DNA from: an uncultured virus (IMG/VR IMGVR_UViG_3300001041_000010)
Lineage: Duplodnaviria > Heunggongvirae > Uroviricota > Caudoviricetes
Virus record (IMG/VR): IMGVR_UViG_3300001041_000010
Direction: 5' to 3' (one strand)
DNA length: 55,365 nt
Below the pieces are notes generated by a model. It was not told where the DNA came from and did not search any database. It worked only from the letters and a program-made list of their open reading frames with translations. Position numbers and translations under genes: made by a program. Positions 9,553 to 20,340 of the stretch are shown here, in pieces (the first letter of the stretch is position 1; the number at the start of each line of letters is the position of its first letter).

Positions 9553-10501
9553 TACCATCACTCTCCAGTGGCGCAATTTGAATATTTGTTAGCGCTAGTT
9601 GTAGTTGCTGATTAAGTGTCGTCATTGTGGCACCAAGTAATACTTCATAGTCATCGACCTTATTACGAAGATCCATGATCTGTTTAGTATAGTTCTGAAC
9701 CGTCTTTAATCTTAGGGCTCCGCGTTTACTGAGTAATTCAGCGAAATCAGCCATTAGTTCATTGGCTTCATGAACAACATCCCCTTGAAGTCGATTACCG
9801 ATAAAATTACGTTGATCGACTGTATCGATCATAGGTAGCAGATCCATTGCCGTTGGTTCTATAGCCCAAGGATGTAAATCTTCGACTAGAGCTTTAATAT
9901 CTTTGAGTCGATCGGTTGACGACTTAGGAATAAAGACCGCCTTACCACGACTCATGATACTTACAGGATTGGTTTCTTTAATCATTCGGGTTACAATCGT
10001 ACGAACGGTATCTTTAGTATGATACTGAGTCCATTCGGTAAATAAGGCTTCGATGGATTGGACAATTCCCTTATAATCATACTCGACTAAGAAACTAGAG
10101 TCCCAGCTAACACGCATGAGCTCATTGTCGCGATCGTATTCCATTTTACCAACGGTGATGTACATAGGCTTTTCCTGAGCCTGGTCAATTACTTCGCGGA
10201 CCAGGTGGCGCATGACTCGCTTGTTATCACAAGCTACTTCACGAACAAGTAACTTAGCAGTCTTTGTGTTGCCATCGTATTGGATTTCTAAAGTTTGGGC
10301 AGCCGTTGCCGTTGCTCGTCTATACGCATCATGAGGTTTGATCTCATTAGGCATATAACTTAGCGGCAGATTATTCTTGGTAAATAACTTGGTCAGATCA
10401 TCTTTATGAATTTTGAGATCTGGAATATAATGAAATTCCAAGTGACCAAGTAAAATACTCGGATCAAGTTGATCATTAGTCTTTACAACAGTCGTTGTCA
10501 T
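9536..10501 (-). CDS. DUF6744-like protein associated with the AAA/vWA module
   Basis: DAYRRAT, LLVREV, GKAVFIP and a C-terminal coiled coil resemble proteins encoded near MoxR/vWA pairs in mobile elements. Confidence 0.55.
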   Translation of the reverse strand: MTTTVVKTNDQLDPSILLGHLEFHYIPDLKIHKDDLTKLFTKNNLPLSYMPNEIKPHDAYRRATATAAQTLEIQYDGNTKTAKLLVREVACDNKRVMRHLVREVIDQAQEKPMYITVGKMEYDRDNELMRVSWDSSFLVEYDYKGIVQSIEALFTEWTQYHTKDTVRTIVTRMIKETNPVSIMSRGKAVFIPKSSTDRLKDIKALVEDLHPWAIEPTAMDLLPMIDTVDQRNFIGNRLQGDVVHEANELMADFAELLSKRGALRLKTVQNYTKQIMDLRNKVDDYEVLLGATMTTLNQQLQLALTNIQIAPLESDGNGETV

Positions 10502-11107
10502 TTAATTTCCTCCTAGCCATACGTAATCTACAGGGTCAAAACCAGCTTTAGCTACAAGTATTTCACATTCTTTACGTGAGTCAGGCCAACCAGCTCGTCG
10601 ATATAGAGCTTCTGGTTCTGATGCCGACCATAAGAGTTGATCCCTGGGTATAATCTCATTATAATAAGGTTTCTTTTGATCCTTAAATTTCTCCTGATAA
10701 TAAGCAGGTTTATAAGCTTGAAAGATCCCCTTGCCATCCTCAGAATGTGATGTATAATGCATACGCATAAGTTTCCCTTTTGGTTGTTTCTGAGTATTAG
10801 TCACTAGTTCCTTACGAATTGCTCGATTATAATAGTCCCGAGCCATATCTAAAATGTCTTCGGGCTCCCAAGCAGTTAACGATAACTCAGTCTTATAAAG
10901 CAACTTTTGACTGGTATTCGTTAACTTTAAGATCAATATTTCAACTTTACCAGCATATTCTTTAAATAAGATCTTATGTCTAGTTGTTTCTTTAAAGTAA
11001 ATAGGAGCATCATCCCAAGTTACTGCTCTTGTTCCATTATAATTAATAATCACTGGAACCTTACAAGTCGACTCTGTAAATCCACTACTAAGTAATAAAT
11101 GCTTCAT
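10502..11107 (-). CDS. hypothetical protein
   Basis: ~200-aa ORF in the operon. Confidence 0.7.
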   Translation of the reverse strand: MKHLLLSSGFTESTCKVPVIINYNGTRAVTWDDAPIYFKETTRHKILFKEYAGKVEILILKLTNTSQKLLYKTELSLTAWEPEDILDMARDYYNRAIRKELVTNTQKQPKGKLMRMHYTSHSEDGKGIFQAYKPAYYQEKFKDQKKPYYNEIIPRDQLLWSASEPEALYRRAGWPDSRKECEILVAKAGFDPVDYVWLGGN

Positions 11108-11388
11108 CACCAGGGAACCATCTGCTTAACCATTGGGACACCGCGTTCTGTTAAATCATTGACATAACGCTGAGCCAATTCTCCATGAGCGTATTCCTCA
11201 CCGATGTCTCGAAGAATTCCATGACCACATTTAATACATTTCCATAGATCTCCGGAAGATAAACCTAAGACACGTTCTGACGTAATACCCATAGCTGGCT
11301 GAACTCGAACCAAGGCAACGCCAATTTCTTTTAATTCATAACGTGTACCACAAGTTGCACAGAGCATTAATTTGACCTCCTTAATCAA
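11107..11388 (-). CDS. zinc-ribbon protein
   Basis: CATC..CIKC. Confidence 0.65.
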   Translation of the reverse strand: MIKEVKLMLCATCGTRYELKEIGVALVRVQPAMGITSERVLGLSSGDLWKCIKCGHGILRDIGEEYAHGELAQRYVNDLTERGVPMVKQMVPW

Positions 11389-11818
11389 TAATGTTTCTGG
11401 CCTTTAGATATTTCAAAATACGAGATGTAAACTCACTCATTGTAAAATAAGTTGATTCTTCGAACGAATACCAGCCACCGATTTGATCTGGTGTTTCGAA
11501 TTTAAGTTCAGATTGATCCGTCTTAAAAACAAAGACGGAAACATCGTGTAAGTGATTTCCGAGTTCAAATAAGTAAGAACATAATGGTCTTGGATTTTCT
11601 TGAATATCAAATTCGGAACAATCAACAGTATTAATCATAATCCTAGATTCTTCGAAAGTTTCTCGTACAGCACACTCATAAAGGGATTCATAGACTTCTT
11701 TATGGCCGCCAACGCCTACATAATTATGACTCTTTGGGTGTTTGATTAATAAGACCTTACGATCATGAATCAAATAGACGTTAGCACACGGTTCAACAAC
11801 CTTATTTAAGAATTCCAA
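11381..11818 (-). CDS. Nudix hydrolase
   Basis: Nudix box GGHKEVYESLYECAVRETFEESRI. Confidence 0.9.
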   Translation of the reverse strand: MEFLNKVVEPCANVYLIHDRKVLLIKHPKSHNYVGVGGHKEVYESLYECAVRETFEESRIMINTVDCSEFDIQENPRPLCSYLFELGNHLHDVSVFVFKTDQSELKFETPDQIGGWYSFEESTYFTMSEFTSRILKYLKARNIID

Positions 11819-11863
11819 GTTAGTTAACCTCCATTACTTATAGTATAACCTTTTGTAACACAA

Positions 11864-12256
11864 TTATGCAATAACCCGTCCTAAAGATGTATCTTCACAT
11901 TTTTGAAATCCGTCGAATTTATGACGTCTAAACCCATGATAGATAACATCAATATAGATACTACGAATACCATCAAGAACTGTACTGGCTGGTGTTAAAT
12001 TAGGTGTAGTTATCATGAGTGTATCCGCACAAAGTACTCTATTAGAATAAGTTTCGGTAATAACTATATCAATTCGGTCTGAGTACAAAAACTTGACGAT
12101 AACCCTGTAATCGGGCATCGTCAAGATATAGATAGGATATTCTACTTTTGGCAACCACTTTCCAGATCGATTAGAGCGTTTACGAAACGCTCTAAATCGA
12201 AATAACTTATCTTTCAGGGCGTCTTGAAGTTCAAAGCCTATTGTAACTCTATTCAT
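11864..12256 (-). CDS. hypothetical protein
   Basis: 130-aa ORF. Confidence 0.6.
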   Translation of the reverse strand: MNRVTIGFELQDALKDKLFRFRAFRKRSNRSGKWLPKVEYPIYILTMPDYRVIVKFLYSDRIDIVITETYSNRVLCADTLMITTPNLTPASTVLDGIRSIYIDVIYHGFRRHKFDGFQKCEDTSLGRVIA

Positions 12257-12257
12257 A

Positions 12258-14060
12258 TTACACCTGACTAAAGATTGAACTCGCTACTTCGTCTTCGACA
12301 TCAGCTAATTTAGAAACCGTAACGATATCATCACTAAAGAGTTTTAATGTACGGTCACTTGCTCCATAGCCACCAGAACCGATCAAGACAGATTTCACTC
12401 TGAACTCTTTCTCTTTTTTGATCTTTAAAAACTCTTCAAGAAAACCTTTTTCTAAGTGAGAATCACCATCTGTGATAAAGACAATGTCCGCTAATTTAAA
12501 CTTATTCATCTTCAAGATCTTTAAGGCTTCTTTTAATGGTGGTTCAAAACTAGTGCCGCCGCCTGGAAATGTCTCAGCGATATCTAAGACAATATTAGGT
12601 TTTAAGCTGTCCTTAGGAACAATATAGACCCACTTAGGATCTACATAACTTTCAAATAGAATACAAGCGTAATCACGTCGTTGTTTTTGTGCGATTTCAA
12701 GCAATGCTAATGCTACCGCTTTAGACCATTTTTCCGCTTGACCACTCATTGAGCCTGAGACATCAACACAACAGATAATCGGACCCTTGCCCTTTTTCTG
12801 AGTATTTTCAAGCTCGTATTGAAGAAGTTCCTTTTGATTATATTTGCGATAGAAATCACGTTTAACAACTGGACCCGCTGCAAGTCTAAGTTTTTCACTA
12901 GGTAATATAGATTCAAGTTTATTACCTGTCGTGACGGACTTAATATTCGTAGCGCCATCCTTGGTTTTCTTCTTTTGATCATCCATAGCAAGCTCACGGA
13001 AACGACCAATCAGTTTCGAGAACTCTTTAAGTTTTGACGATCCACGGATGCGTTCGAGTGCGGCTTTCTTCTCTTCAATGGGTATGCGCTGCGCTATATC
13101 ACCCTTTTCCATCCCCCATGCATTTAAGAAATCGCGAACCTCATCAATGTCTTTATCAGCCTTATCGGCGGCCTTAGCCATGACTTGTTGAAGTTCTGTT
13201 GCGGCACCATTGTCAAGTTGTTCATCAATTTGCTGTTCCTTGGCATCGATGTCATCTTGAATCTCTTGCATTTGTTGTTGTAATTTAGCCATAGCTTCGG
13301 CTTCTTCATCGGTAACGCCTTGACCGTTACTACCACCACCAGCACCAGGGTTACCACCTTGACCACCGGGATCTCCTTGACCATTGCCGGATTGCTTCTT
13401 TTTCATATCGTCAAGTTTCTTTTGAAGATCTTGTTTCTTCTTTTCTTGTTCGATAAGTCCGTTAATGGCCTTTAAAATATCCGGATCCATTGGCGGCTTG
13501 CTTTGGCCTCCTCCGCCTCCAGAACCAGAACCTCCTCCGCTACCGCCAGGTTCTCCGTCTTCACCTTCGCCGCCTTCTCCTTCACTTTCTTCTCGCTTAC
13601 GATTATAATCTTCTTTAATAGCGATGACACGGCGAGAAGCTTCTTGTTGCATAACTTCAGTGGCGATTGCTGAACCTAGGATATCAAGTCTGGTATTTTG
13701 TCTTAAATTAGCATACTCAGGCGTGTCCATAAGCTCTGTTATAAGCTTGTGGTTTAACTTATGACTGGCTTTCATTTCGCCTTGTTCGGCGACTTTAGGC
13801 GTATACTTAAACAACGCTCCGAATAAGTCTTGACTTAGTGTATCGAAAGTTTTTAAGTGTTCATGACCAGCTCGTAAGTTATCTGCCATGGCAGGAGATT
13901 GACTGATAAGATCTTGATATATATCAATATCAGCCCAATCTACATTAACGGCATGATCTGTCTTGACAATGGGTTTGAATTCCTGAGCGGTTTCACTAAC
14001 TCCGAAGATAGAAGCAACTGACGGCCCTGCGACCGTCGGTTCTGCTATTTTTATAGTCAA
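12258..14060 (-). CDS. vWA-domain protein (ViaA/CoxE-like partner of a MoxR ATPase)
   Basis: MIDAS motif CVDVSGSM..GGTSF..DIVFITDG; Gly-rich linker. Confidence 0.9.
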   Translation of the reverse strand: MTIKIAEPTVAGPSVASIFGVSETAQEFKPIVKTDHAVNVDWADIDIYQDLISQSPAMADNLRAGHEHLKTFDTLSQDLFGALFKYTPKVAEQGEMKASHKLNHKLITELMDTPEYANLRQNTRLDILGSAIATEVMQQEASRRVIAIKEDYNRKREESEGEGGEGEDGEPGGSGGGSGSGGGGGQSKPPMDPDILKAINGLIEQEKKKQDLQKKLDDMKKKQSGNGQGDPGGQGGNPGAGGGSNGQGVTDEEAEAMAKLQQQMQEIQDDIDAKEQQIDEQLDNGAATELQQVMAKAADKADKDIDEVRDFLNAWGMEKGDIAQRIPIEEKKAALERIRGSSKLKEFSKLIGRFRELAMDDQKKKTKDGATNIKSVTTGNKLESILPSEKLRLAAGPVVKRDFYRKYNQKELLQYELENTQKKGKGPIICCVDVSGSMSGQAEKWSKAVALALLEIAQKQRRDYACILFESYVDPKWVYIVPKDSLKPNIVLDIAETFPGGGTSFEPPLKEALKILKMNKFKLADIVFITDGDSHLEKGFLEEFLKIKKEKEFRVKSVLIGSGGYGASDRTLKLFSDDIVTVSKLADVEDEVASSIFSQV

Positions 14061-14106
14061 GTTACATCATCTCCTCGTCTTCATATTGTTCTAACCAATC
14101 ATTATC

Positions 14107-15402
14107 TCAGAACGGCATAGCCTCTTCGTCATCGGTTGTGGTTCTTTTACGAGCGGCTGCTTTGGGAATTTGTAAAACTTCCTGAATCATCTCTTCATTC
14201 ATTTTGATGATATCGTCACGTTTCTTCTCTAGATTCGTCACGTCACGTCCGGCAGTTTGAGCATCTTTAATGACTCGTTCAATCTTCTTGACGATTTGTT
14301 CATACTTAACACGAGCCTCTACAGCCGCTCCGGCTTTCTCTGTCTTATTATCGATACGTTCCGTACGGTTCTTGATTTCTATAGCCGTATCATAAAGCTC
14401 TTTAACTTTGTCATCATAAGGATTGATTAGCTTCATAACATAGCTTTCAATGATCTTAATGTGTTCTTCTTTTTCCCACAAGACATGAATCAGAGACACA
14501 AAATCATCAAAATCAACACTTGTTCGGCCATTGATTAAGGCGTTCCCCTGAAGAACCTTAAAGCAGGCAACATACCGTCTATCAGAGAAGTAAATGCCTT
14601 CTTTGTTAAGTTCACGACCAAGCTTCTCGAAGGTCTTATAGATATCGTCCGGAATAAGAACTTCTTCCAGTATTTCGTGAATGGCTTCGAGTTCTTCGAG
14701 TGTCACTAAAGTGTGTTTAAAATGAGTCTTAATGGCGGGATTACGGCGCTCAACCGATTGTTTAGCCATCTTAACTTTGTTTGCCGGTTCTTTAACGTAC
14801 TGAGCATTATGCCTAAACATGAGTCTATCGTAAAGCGCTGCTAAGCTTTCATCTTCTGGTGTTTCATTCGAGGCACAAAACATAGAGTATAGCGGAACAT
14901 CATTAGGCACACCGTCATTATAAAAGATACGTTCATTGATGATCGGAAGTAAGATGTTCAGAGTTGGTTCATTCGATTTCCAGATTTCATCCAAGAACAC
15001 GATATGAGCCTCAGGCAAGCGGCCTTTAGATTTACGTTCGAACTTGTCCTTCTCCATACCTTTTAAACTATAAGGACCCAGTATATCCGCTGGATCTGAC
15101 GTTTTGTTTAACAACCATTCAAAGTAATTTGCTTGATCGATATGTCCCGTGAAAGCACGAGTTAATTCAGATTTTGCTGTTCCCGGAGGCCCCATGATAA
15201 ACAGATGATTCTTAGTAACGACCGCTCGGATTATATCTTGTACTATTTCAATTCTTTCCACGAATTGATCGTTGAGTTCATCAGCAATTGCCTTCAAATT
15301 AGCGATACCCTGTGCAGCCAAAATCTTTACGTCAACTGTTTGTTTCGGTGCGCTTACGACCAATACATCCTCATCAGCACTGTCCATTAATGCCATTGCC
15401 AT
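14107..15402 (-). CDS. MoxR/RavA-family AAA+ ATPase
   Basis: GPPGTAKS, ILGPYSL, VFLDEIWK, ASNE, ALYDRL, SDRR. Confidence 0.92.
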   Translation of the reverse strand: MAMALMDSADEDVLVVSAPKQTVDVKILAAQGIANLKAIADELNDQFVERIEIVQDIIRAVVTKNHLFIMGPPGTAKSELTRAFTGHIDQANYFEWLLNKTSDPADILGPYSLKGMEKDKFERKSKGRLPEAHIVFLDEIWKSNEPTLNILLPIINERIFYNDGVPNDVPLYSMFCASNETPEDESLAALYDRLMFRHNAQYVKEPANKVKMAKQSVERRNPAIKTHFKHTLVTLEELEAIHEILEEVLIPDDIYKTFEKLGRELNKEGIYFSDRRYVACFKVLQGNALINGRTSVDFDDFVSLIHVLWEKEEHIKIIESYVMKLINPYDDKVKELYDTAIEIKNRTERIDNKTEKAGAAVEARVKYEQIVKKIERVIKDAQTAGRDVTNLEKKRDDIIKMNEEMIQEVLQIPKAAARKRTTTDDEEAMPF

Positions 15403-15585
15403 AATTAACAATTCCTCCTTAAATTCTTCTTCTTAGTATTACAAATTGTAACGCGAATTATACTCTCCTTTCTCCTATTATATCACATTTTGTTACATAA
15501 ATTAAGTGTTTCAATCCACACATCTAACGAGATGTGACAAAGAGTGAAATCCTCCACCTCCCGAGAGGGAGAGGTGGAGGATGAA

Positions 15586-15792
15586 CTAGAAGCTTTTTCT
15601 AACTTTCTCTTGAATAATCTCGACGGTACGAATATTGGAATCCGCAGTGAGTTCTTCATCATAGATACCGATATTCATTTCTTCAGAAACTTGTTCTGCA
15701 GCCTCTTTGAAAAGTTCACGAGCTTGATCCTTTGGAATTAGATAATACTCATTCATGATCTCTTCAAGTGTTTTTGCATACCGCATGACCAA
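15586..15792 (-). CDS. hypothetical protein
   Basis: ORF track. Confidence 0.55.
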   Translation of the reverse strand: MVMRYAKTLEEIMNEYYLIPKDQARELFKEAAEQVSEEMNIGIYDEELTADSNIRTVEIIQEKVRKSF

Positions 15793-16282
15793 GTAAATTC
15801 AACTCCTCCCAACTAGTAATAGTTTCAGACCTTAAGACTAGACAGCATTCGACATCCCATCCATAAAGATTAAAATCACGAGCATGTTGAGGAAAACGAG
15901 TAGCTATTTGACCCATACTTGTCAAATGAATTACATCAAAGATCTTAGCAGCTTGTTCAAAATCTGGAATATGATGATGCTTAAAGGTTGTATTTTCCGG
16001 TTCGTGAATTCCAACGAGATTTACAAACCGGATCAAATCCATTTGAGTATCAATCGTATAAACACGAGCTAGTGGATCGATCGTTAAGATAGAAGCTTCT
16101 GTATAATTTCTAAATTGTTCATGCGTACACCATTCATGCCATTGAGATAAGAACTTTTGATCTGGAGTGTAAGTCGAACACCAAAGACCACCATTAGGCT
16201 TGCAGACATATGAGTAATTCTCAATGGGTTTGAATAATTTAGGATCATAAAGCTTTCCGAACTTAATCTGCCGCGGCAACAT
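15764..16282 (-). CDS. phage protein with KPxGGLWxS motif
   Basis: KPNGGLWCS..LYGWDVEC. Confidence 0.65.
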   Translation of the reverse strand: MLPRQIKFGKLYDPKLFKPIENYSYVCKPNGGLWCSTYTPDQKFLSQWHEWCTHEQFRNYTEASILTIDPLARVYTIDTQMDLIRFVNLVGIHEPENTTFKHHHIPDFEQAAKIFDVIHLTSMGQIATRFPQHARDFNLYGWDVECCLVLRSETITSWEELNLLGHAVCKNT

Positions 16283-17027
16283 CCTTAGTCACCACCAAGT
16301 CACTAATTTCTCGAATCGTTGCGTGAATTCCCCATAGTGTAAATAAGTGATCCTTTCTATGAACACTGCGATTTTCCCAATAACGAATAGTAATCGATGG
16401 GAAGGTTTCTTTTAATAAAGCAAATAAGAGTTCTCGATTCTTATCGCAATCAAGTAGCCTGTGTTCACTTTCATCTTGAACGAAGATATAACCTTGATTC
16501 TCTAGGTCTTCCCGAGCTTGAACTTTCTTAGTCTTATCGGTTGTCGGAGACTTCGACCATGAAGAAATTCGATCAAAGGAAAAGCTGAATTTGATATCAA
16601 CCGTACCATAAGGCCCATAATCAAAATCAAAGATATGACTACCAGACATTTGATTTCCCCACCAGGATGCAATGCCATCTCTAAGGTTTCTCAATGTATT
16701 AGGAATCATATCGATTGGCATAGCTTCGCCTAACTGACGTTCTAATTCATGAATTCGGCCGTTAAGCTTACGAACTTTAGCGTGTTGTTCTTCAATTCGA
16801 GCAGCCGCTTGGGATGCGTAGCCAATAGGTTCTGCGAGTTCTTTGAGGTAATGATCTAGTAAACTGCACATATTATCACGCATACCAATCGAAAGTGTGT
16901 CACTTTCAATCATCTCATGGACATAGCTAAGACCATGATGCATGTCTTTAATGCCCTTTAGAGCGACGATCTTTTGATCGTCGCTCAACGTAAGAATTGT
17001 TGGATCTAACTCTTTTATTTCAAGCAT
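16263..17027 (-). CDS. hypothetical protein with coiled coil
   Basis: 254-aa ORF, AGGAG RBS. Confidence 0.75.
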   Translation of the reverse strand: MLEIKELDPTILTLSDDQKIVALKGIKDMHHGLSYVHEMIESDTLSIGMRDNMCSLLDHYLKELAEPIGYASQAAARIEEQHAKVRKLNGRIHELERQLGEAMPIDMIPNTLRNLRDGIASWWGNQMSGSHIFDFDYGPYGTVDIKFSFSFDRISSWSKSPTTDKTKKVQAREDLENQGYIFVQDESEHRLLDCDKNRELLFALLKETFPSITIRYWENRSVHRKDHLFTLWGIHATIREISDLVVTKDVAAAD

Positions 17028-17039
17028 TGGTTCATCTCC

Positions 17040-17225
17040 TTAGTTTATTTCATCGCATTCATGTCGTAGTTCACAAGAGCTACAAAGACTAATGTTACAT
17101 CCAGGACACTGACAATTCTCAGGGCCAATCATAGCACCGCAATGATCACAAGGATAGCTGTTATCTCGCTCCCAAGCATCGTCTAAATAAGTAATATTTG
17201 TGCTCTGTCCTCTAACTTCTGACAC
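17040..17225 (-). CDS. small Cys-rich zinc-finger protein
   Basis: CDHC..CPGC..CSSC..HEC. Confidence 0.6.
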   Translation of the reverse strand: MSEVRGQSTNITYLDDAWERDNSYPCDHCGAMIGPENCQCPGCNISLCSSCELRHECDEIN

Positions 17226-18970
17226 TAATTCATCAGCTCCTTTAAGGCTTTAGATTGACTTTCAGAATTTCCATATAAGGCATTAGCCAGATTCTGCTTT
17301 TTCTTAATAGCAGCATAGACGGCTTCATCTAATGTCTCACGAGTCATCAAGTTATAGACAAAGACTTTCTTAAACTTAGAATTAATACGCCGGATTCTCC
17401 CATTGCGTTGAGTATACGTAGCCGGACCCCAAGGTAAATCGTAATTAATCACATACTTACCTTTTTCTAAGTTTAATCCTGTTGCCATGGCTTCGGTGCC
17501 AATTAGAATTTTAACTGTTGTATCGTTCCTGAAGGCCTCTTGGATAATATCTTTCTCCTTAATACCGTATTTACCAGTATAAGTTAAGCACTTCGTGATT
17601 TTACTAAGTTCACGTCTTAAGATCTGAGTCATACGTTCGAACTTCGTAAAGATTACGATCTTATCGCCTTGTGTCACAATCTCACTAACTAATTCTTTAA
17701 GTAAATCTAGCTTTGGACTCGACATATCTCGTTTCACAATTGAGGAGTATGTTTTAGTTACGGATTCTGATTTACTCATCGTGAATAGTTCTGGACTGCT
17801 AGAGGCTCCGATCTTGAGATTTAACATCCCCTGCATACCTTTACTCATAGCATCCGCTTCATCGAGTTTGCCGCGTTGTCTCAGTGCGTCAACTTTAACC
17901 TGAAGCTCAGACATCTGTTCATCAATAGCTTTAATTAAAGCTATTTGAACCGGTGTTGGATCTACATAAAACTCTGACGTAATAACGTCTGGTAAGTCAA
18001 CTTCAACTTCTTCAGCAGTACGCCTGAGGATATATTCGCCAACTTCATCGTGAAGTTCATCTAAGTGTCTATAGCCGATAAATTCGTTAAAGCGTCCAGT
18101 ATAAGCATACTTAATAAAGCGCTTACTGAACTTGCTAAACTTACCAAAGACCTTAGGATCGGCAATTTGAAAGATACCAAAGAGTTCATCCGGCCGGTTC
18201 ATCATTGGTGTGCCTGTTAAAAACATCCAGTATTTAGGCTTAAGTTTACACATGGCTAAATTCGTAACGCCTTTATAATTCTTGGCGTAATGGATTTCGT
18301 CACAAATGATCAAATCATATTTTCCAATTAAAGCGTCAAGATCTGGACCGCGAAGTAAATCATAGTTAATTACAGTATATCTAATACCCTGACTTTGAGC
18401 GTCTTTAATAATCTTAGCTCGTTTCTTAGGTGTCCCATCAATCATCACGGAGGACTCATAAGTGAACTTGTTAATGCCTTCTCGAATCCATTGGCCTTTT
18501 AGAGAATTTAGACAGACAATTAAGACATTCTTAATATTACCATCAGCGATCATCTTTTGAGCAGCACCGAGTGAACTCGGTGTCTTACCTAAGCCAACAT
18601 CATCACAGAGTAAGGCAAAGCCTTTTTCTTTGACTCGGTATGCTAAAAAGTTAGCACCGAATTCTTGAAATTTGTACAAGACTAGTTTAATATCAGGTAT
18701 TGAGTCCTTGGGTATAGCATAATACCATTGAGGCGGCGGAGGTGGGGTTTCACCTAGGATTTTATGGCGTGGTGTGATATAAACAATCTCACCCTTGAAA
18801 AGTTCCTCAAAATCATCGAAGCTACCTACGGGCGTCGTCCACTTTTTGTCTTCAGGATGATACCGTGCACCAGCAACTTGCTTTAATCGATCAATATAGT
18901 CTCGATGATAGTTACAAGTTACATCTAAGATCAAACCATTATCTTGCAGTTCGACTTGTAGCAATAGCAT
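17225..18970 (-). CDS. SNF2/SWI2-family helicase with HARP-like N-terminus
   Basis: DDVGLGKT, DEIH, LTGTP..N, ATGLNL, QRNGRIRRI. Confidence 0.93.
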   Translation of the reverse strand: MLLLQVELQDNGLILDVTCNYHRDYIDRLKQVAGARYHPEDKKWTTPVGSFDDFEELFKGEIVYITPRHKILGETPPPPPQWYYAIPKDSIPDIKLVLYKFQEFGANFLAYRVKEKGFALLCDDVGLGKTPSSLGAAQKMIADGNIKNVLIVCLNSLKGQWIREGINKFTYESSVMIDGTPKKRAKIIKDAQSQGIRYTVINYDLLRGPDLDALIGKYDLIICDEIHYAKNYKGVTNLAMCKLKPKYWMFLTGTPMMNRPDELFGIFQIADPKVFGKFSKFSKRFIKYAYTGRFNEFIGYRHLDELHDEVGEYILRRTAEEVEVDLPDVITSEFYVDPTPVQIALIKAIDEQMSELQVKVDALRQRGKLDEADAMSKGMQGMLNLKIGASSSPELFTMSKSESVTKTYSSIVKRDMSSPKLDLLKELVSEIVTQGDKIVIFTKFERMTQILRRELSKITKCLTYTGKYGIKEKDIIQEAFRNDTTVKILIGTEAMATGLNLEKGKYVINYDLPWGPATYTQRNGRIRRINSKFKKVFVYNLMTRETLDEAVYAAIKKKQNLANALYGNSESQSKALKELMN

Positions 18971-18976
18971 CCCTCC

Positions 18977-19303
18977 TTATTTTAATGTCCAGTGAGCTGC
19001 CCTTGCAAGCTCAAGCTCGATGAGGCCACGTTCTAAGGCCTCATCAACAAGAGCTTTAAAGATTGGTTTTTGAGCAAGCCAATACTGATAATCATCAATG
19101 ATTAAATCTTCATTATCTTCATACTCTATTAATTCTTCAGCACGATTTGCTAAGTAACAAATTGTATTCATTAGATGTTCATCTTCAAAATCCTTAGAGT
19201 AAAGTTCTTTACCATCTTCTGTTGTCCAGACGGCTTCATTGAGATACCACTTGACTGTTAAGGGTATTCGACGTTTCATCCGGATCACCGGCTTCGGCCA
19301 TGT
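18977..19303 (-). CDS. hypothetical protein
   Basis: WTTEDG..HLMNTI motif; start uncertain. Confidence 0.55.
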   Translation of the reverse strand, partial: TWPKPVIRMKRRIPLTVKWYLNEAVWTTEDGKELYSKDFEDEHLMNTICYLANRAEELIEYEDNEDLIIDDYQYWLAQKPIFKALVDEALERGLIELELARAAHWTLK

Positions 19304-20054
19304 CTCTAGTATCCTTCCAAAGGCCTGAAGCCCATACACTCGACGTCGCCAACATAAAAGAATAAAGTTCTTCATCCGTCGGTTCTTCACCTATGATTGA
19401 GACATAACTTCGTTCTTGGTCATCGACATTAAAGAGAAGATTAACTAAAATACTGTAGGCTAATTGATCGGCAAGAAGTTCCTTCATGTCGATTTTCTTT
19501 ATGCCCAGGAGATCCATAAGAACCTTATCATACTCACGAGACTTAGCCCATCGATCCTCAAGATCGGCTTCTTTAATCCAATCACTTACCGTATGTTTAA
19601 CGCCTGCGTTATAAGCAGCACATTGTTCTGGTACTAAAATATAACGCTCCGGTAAGGCTTCGTTTGTTTCTTGGTTACGACCACTAACGCGTCCAATTGG
19701 ATAACTACGACAAACGGTGGGTCGCTCCTTGTAGACTGAACACTTACCGCCTTTAAGAAAACTGCAAGCAGATCGTGTGCGTCCTGGAATTTTAATTCTT
19801 GGTTCAACCATATTTAAAAGTACCATGGGCCACTTACTTCTGCCGCCCGGTTGAATATGAATATAGTTCATGATTTCTTGAGTTGGAATCTTAAGCTCTC
19901 TATGAAGCTTGATAACGTCCCATGGATTAAGTAATACATCGATATCATGGCAGCAGGTACCGCATTGATGACAGTTAAAATCAAATTCATCAGTAAGCTC
20001 TAAAAATGGAATACTTCCATCATCAATTCCGTTAGCTATGGCTTGAGTTGACAT
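19236..20054 (-). CDS. YkgJ/CxxCxxCC cysteine-cluster protein
   Basis: FNCHQCGTCC..CSFL..CSVYKERPTVCRSYP. Confidence 0.88.
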   Translation of the reverse strand: MSTQAIANGIDDGSIPFLELTDEFDFNCHQCGTCCHDIDVLLNPWDVIKLHRELKIPTQEIMNYIHIQPGGRSKWPMVLLNMVEPRIKIPGRTRSACSFLKGGKCSVYKERPTVCRSYPIGRVSGRNQETNEALPERYILVPEQCAAYNAGVKHTVSDWIKEADLEDRWAKSREYDKVLMDLLGIKKIDMKELLADQLAYSILVNLLFNVDDQERSYVSIIGEEPTDEELYSFMLATSSVWASGLWKDTRDMAEAGDPDETSNTLNSQVVSQ

Positions 20055-20338
20055 TCTATTTCCTCCTCGTAAAGTTTCTTAAGTTCTTTGAGTTGATTGA
20101 TCATTAACTCAATTGTTTTAGTTTGAGAAAATGCCAAGATAATTGAGTTAGTATTAGAAAAATCAATACAAGTACCTTTACATGGTGATGAAACATCAGT
20201 TCCTATTTCACGCCCAGGGATTCCAGGACTAAATATCATAGCAACAGTCCCTTGTTCGGCATTATAGCCAGTGACCATATCGATATCACCACTGCCATCA
20301 AAATCTGCAATAGATATTTCTAAGTTTCGATAAATCAA
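20036..20338 (-). CDS. hypothetical protein
   Basis: GGAGG RBS, TTG start. Confidence 0.65.
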   Translation of the reverse strand: MIYRNLEISIADFDGSGDIDMVTGYNAEQGTVAMIFSPGIPGREIGTDVSSPCKGTCIDFSNTNSIILAFSQTKTIELMINQLKELKKLYEEEIECQLKP

Positions 20339-20340
20339 TA

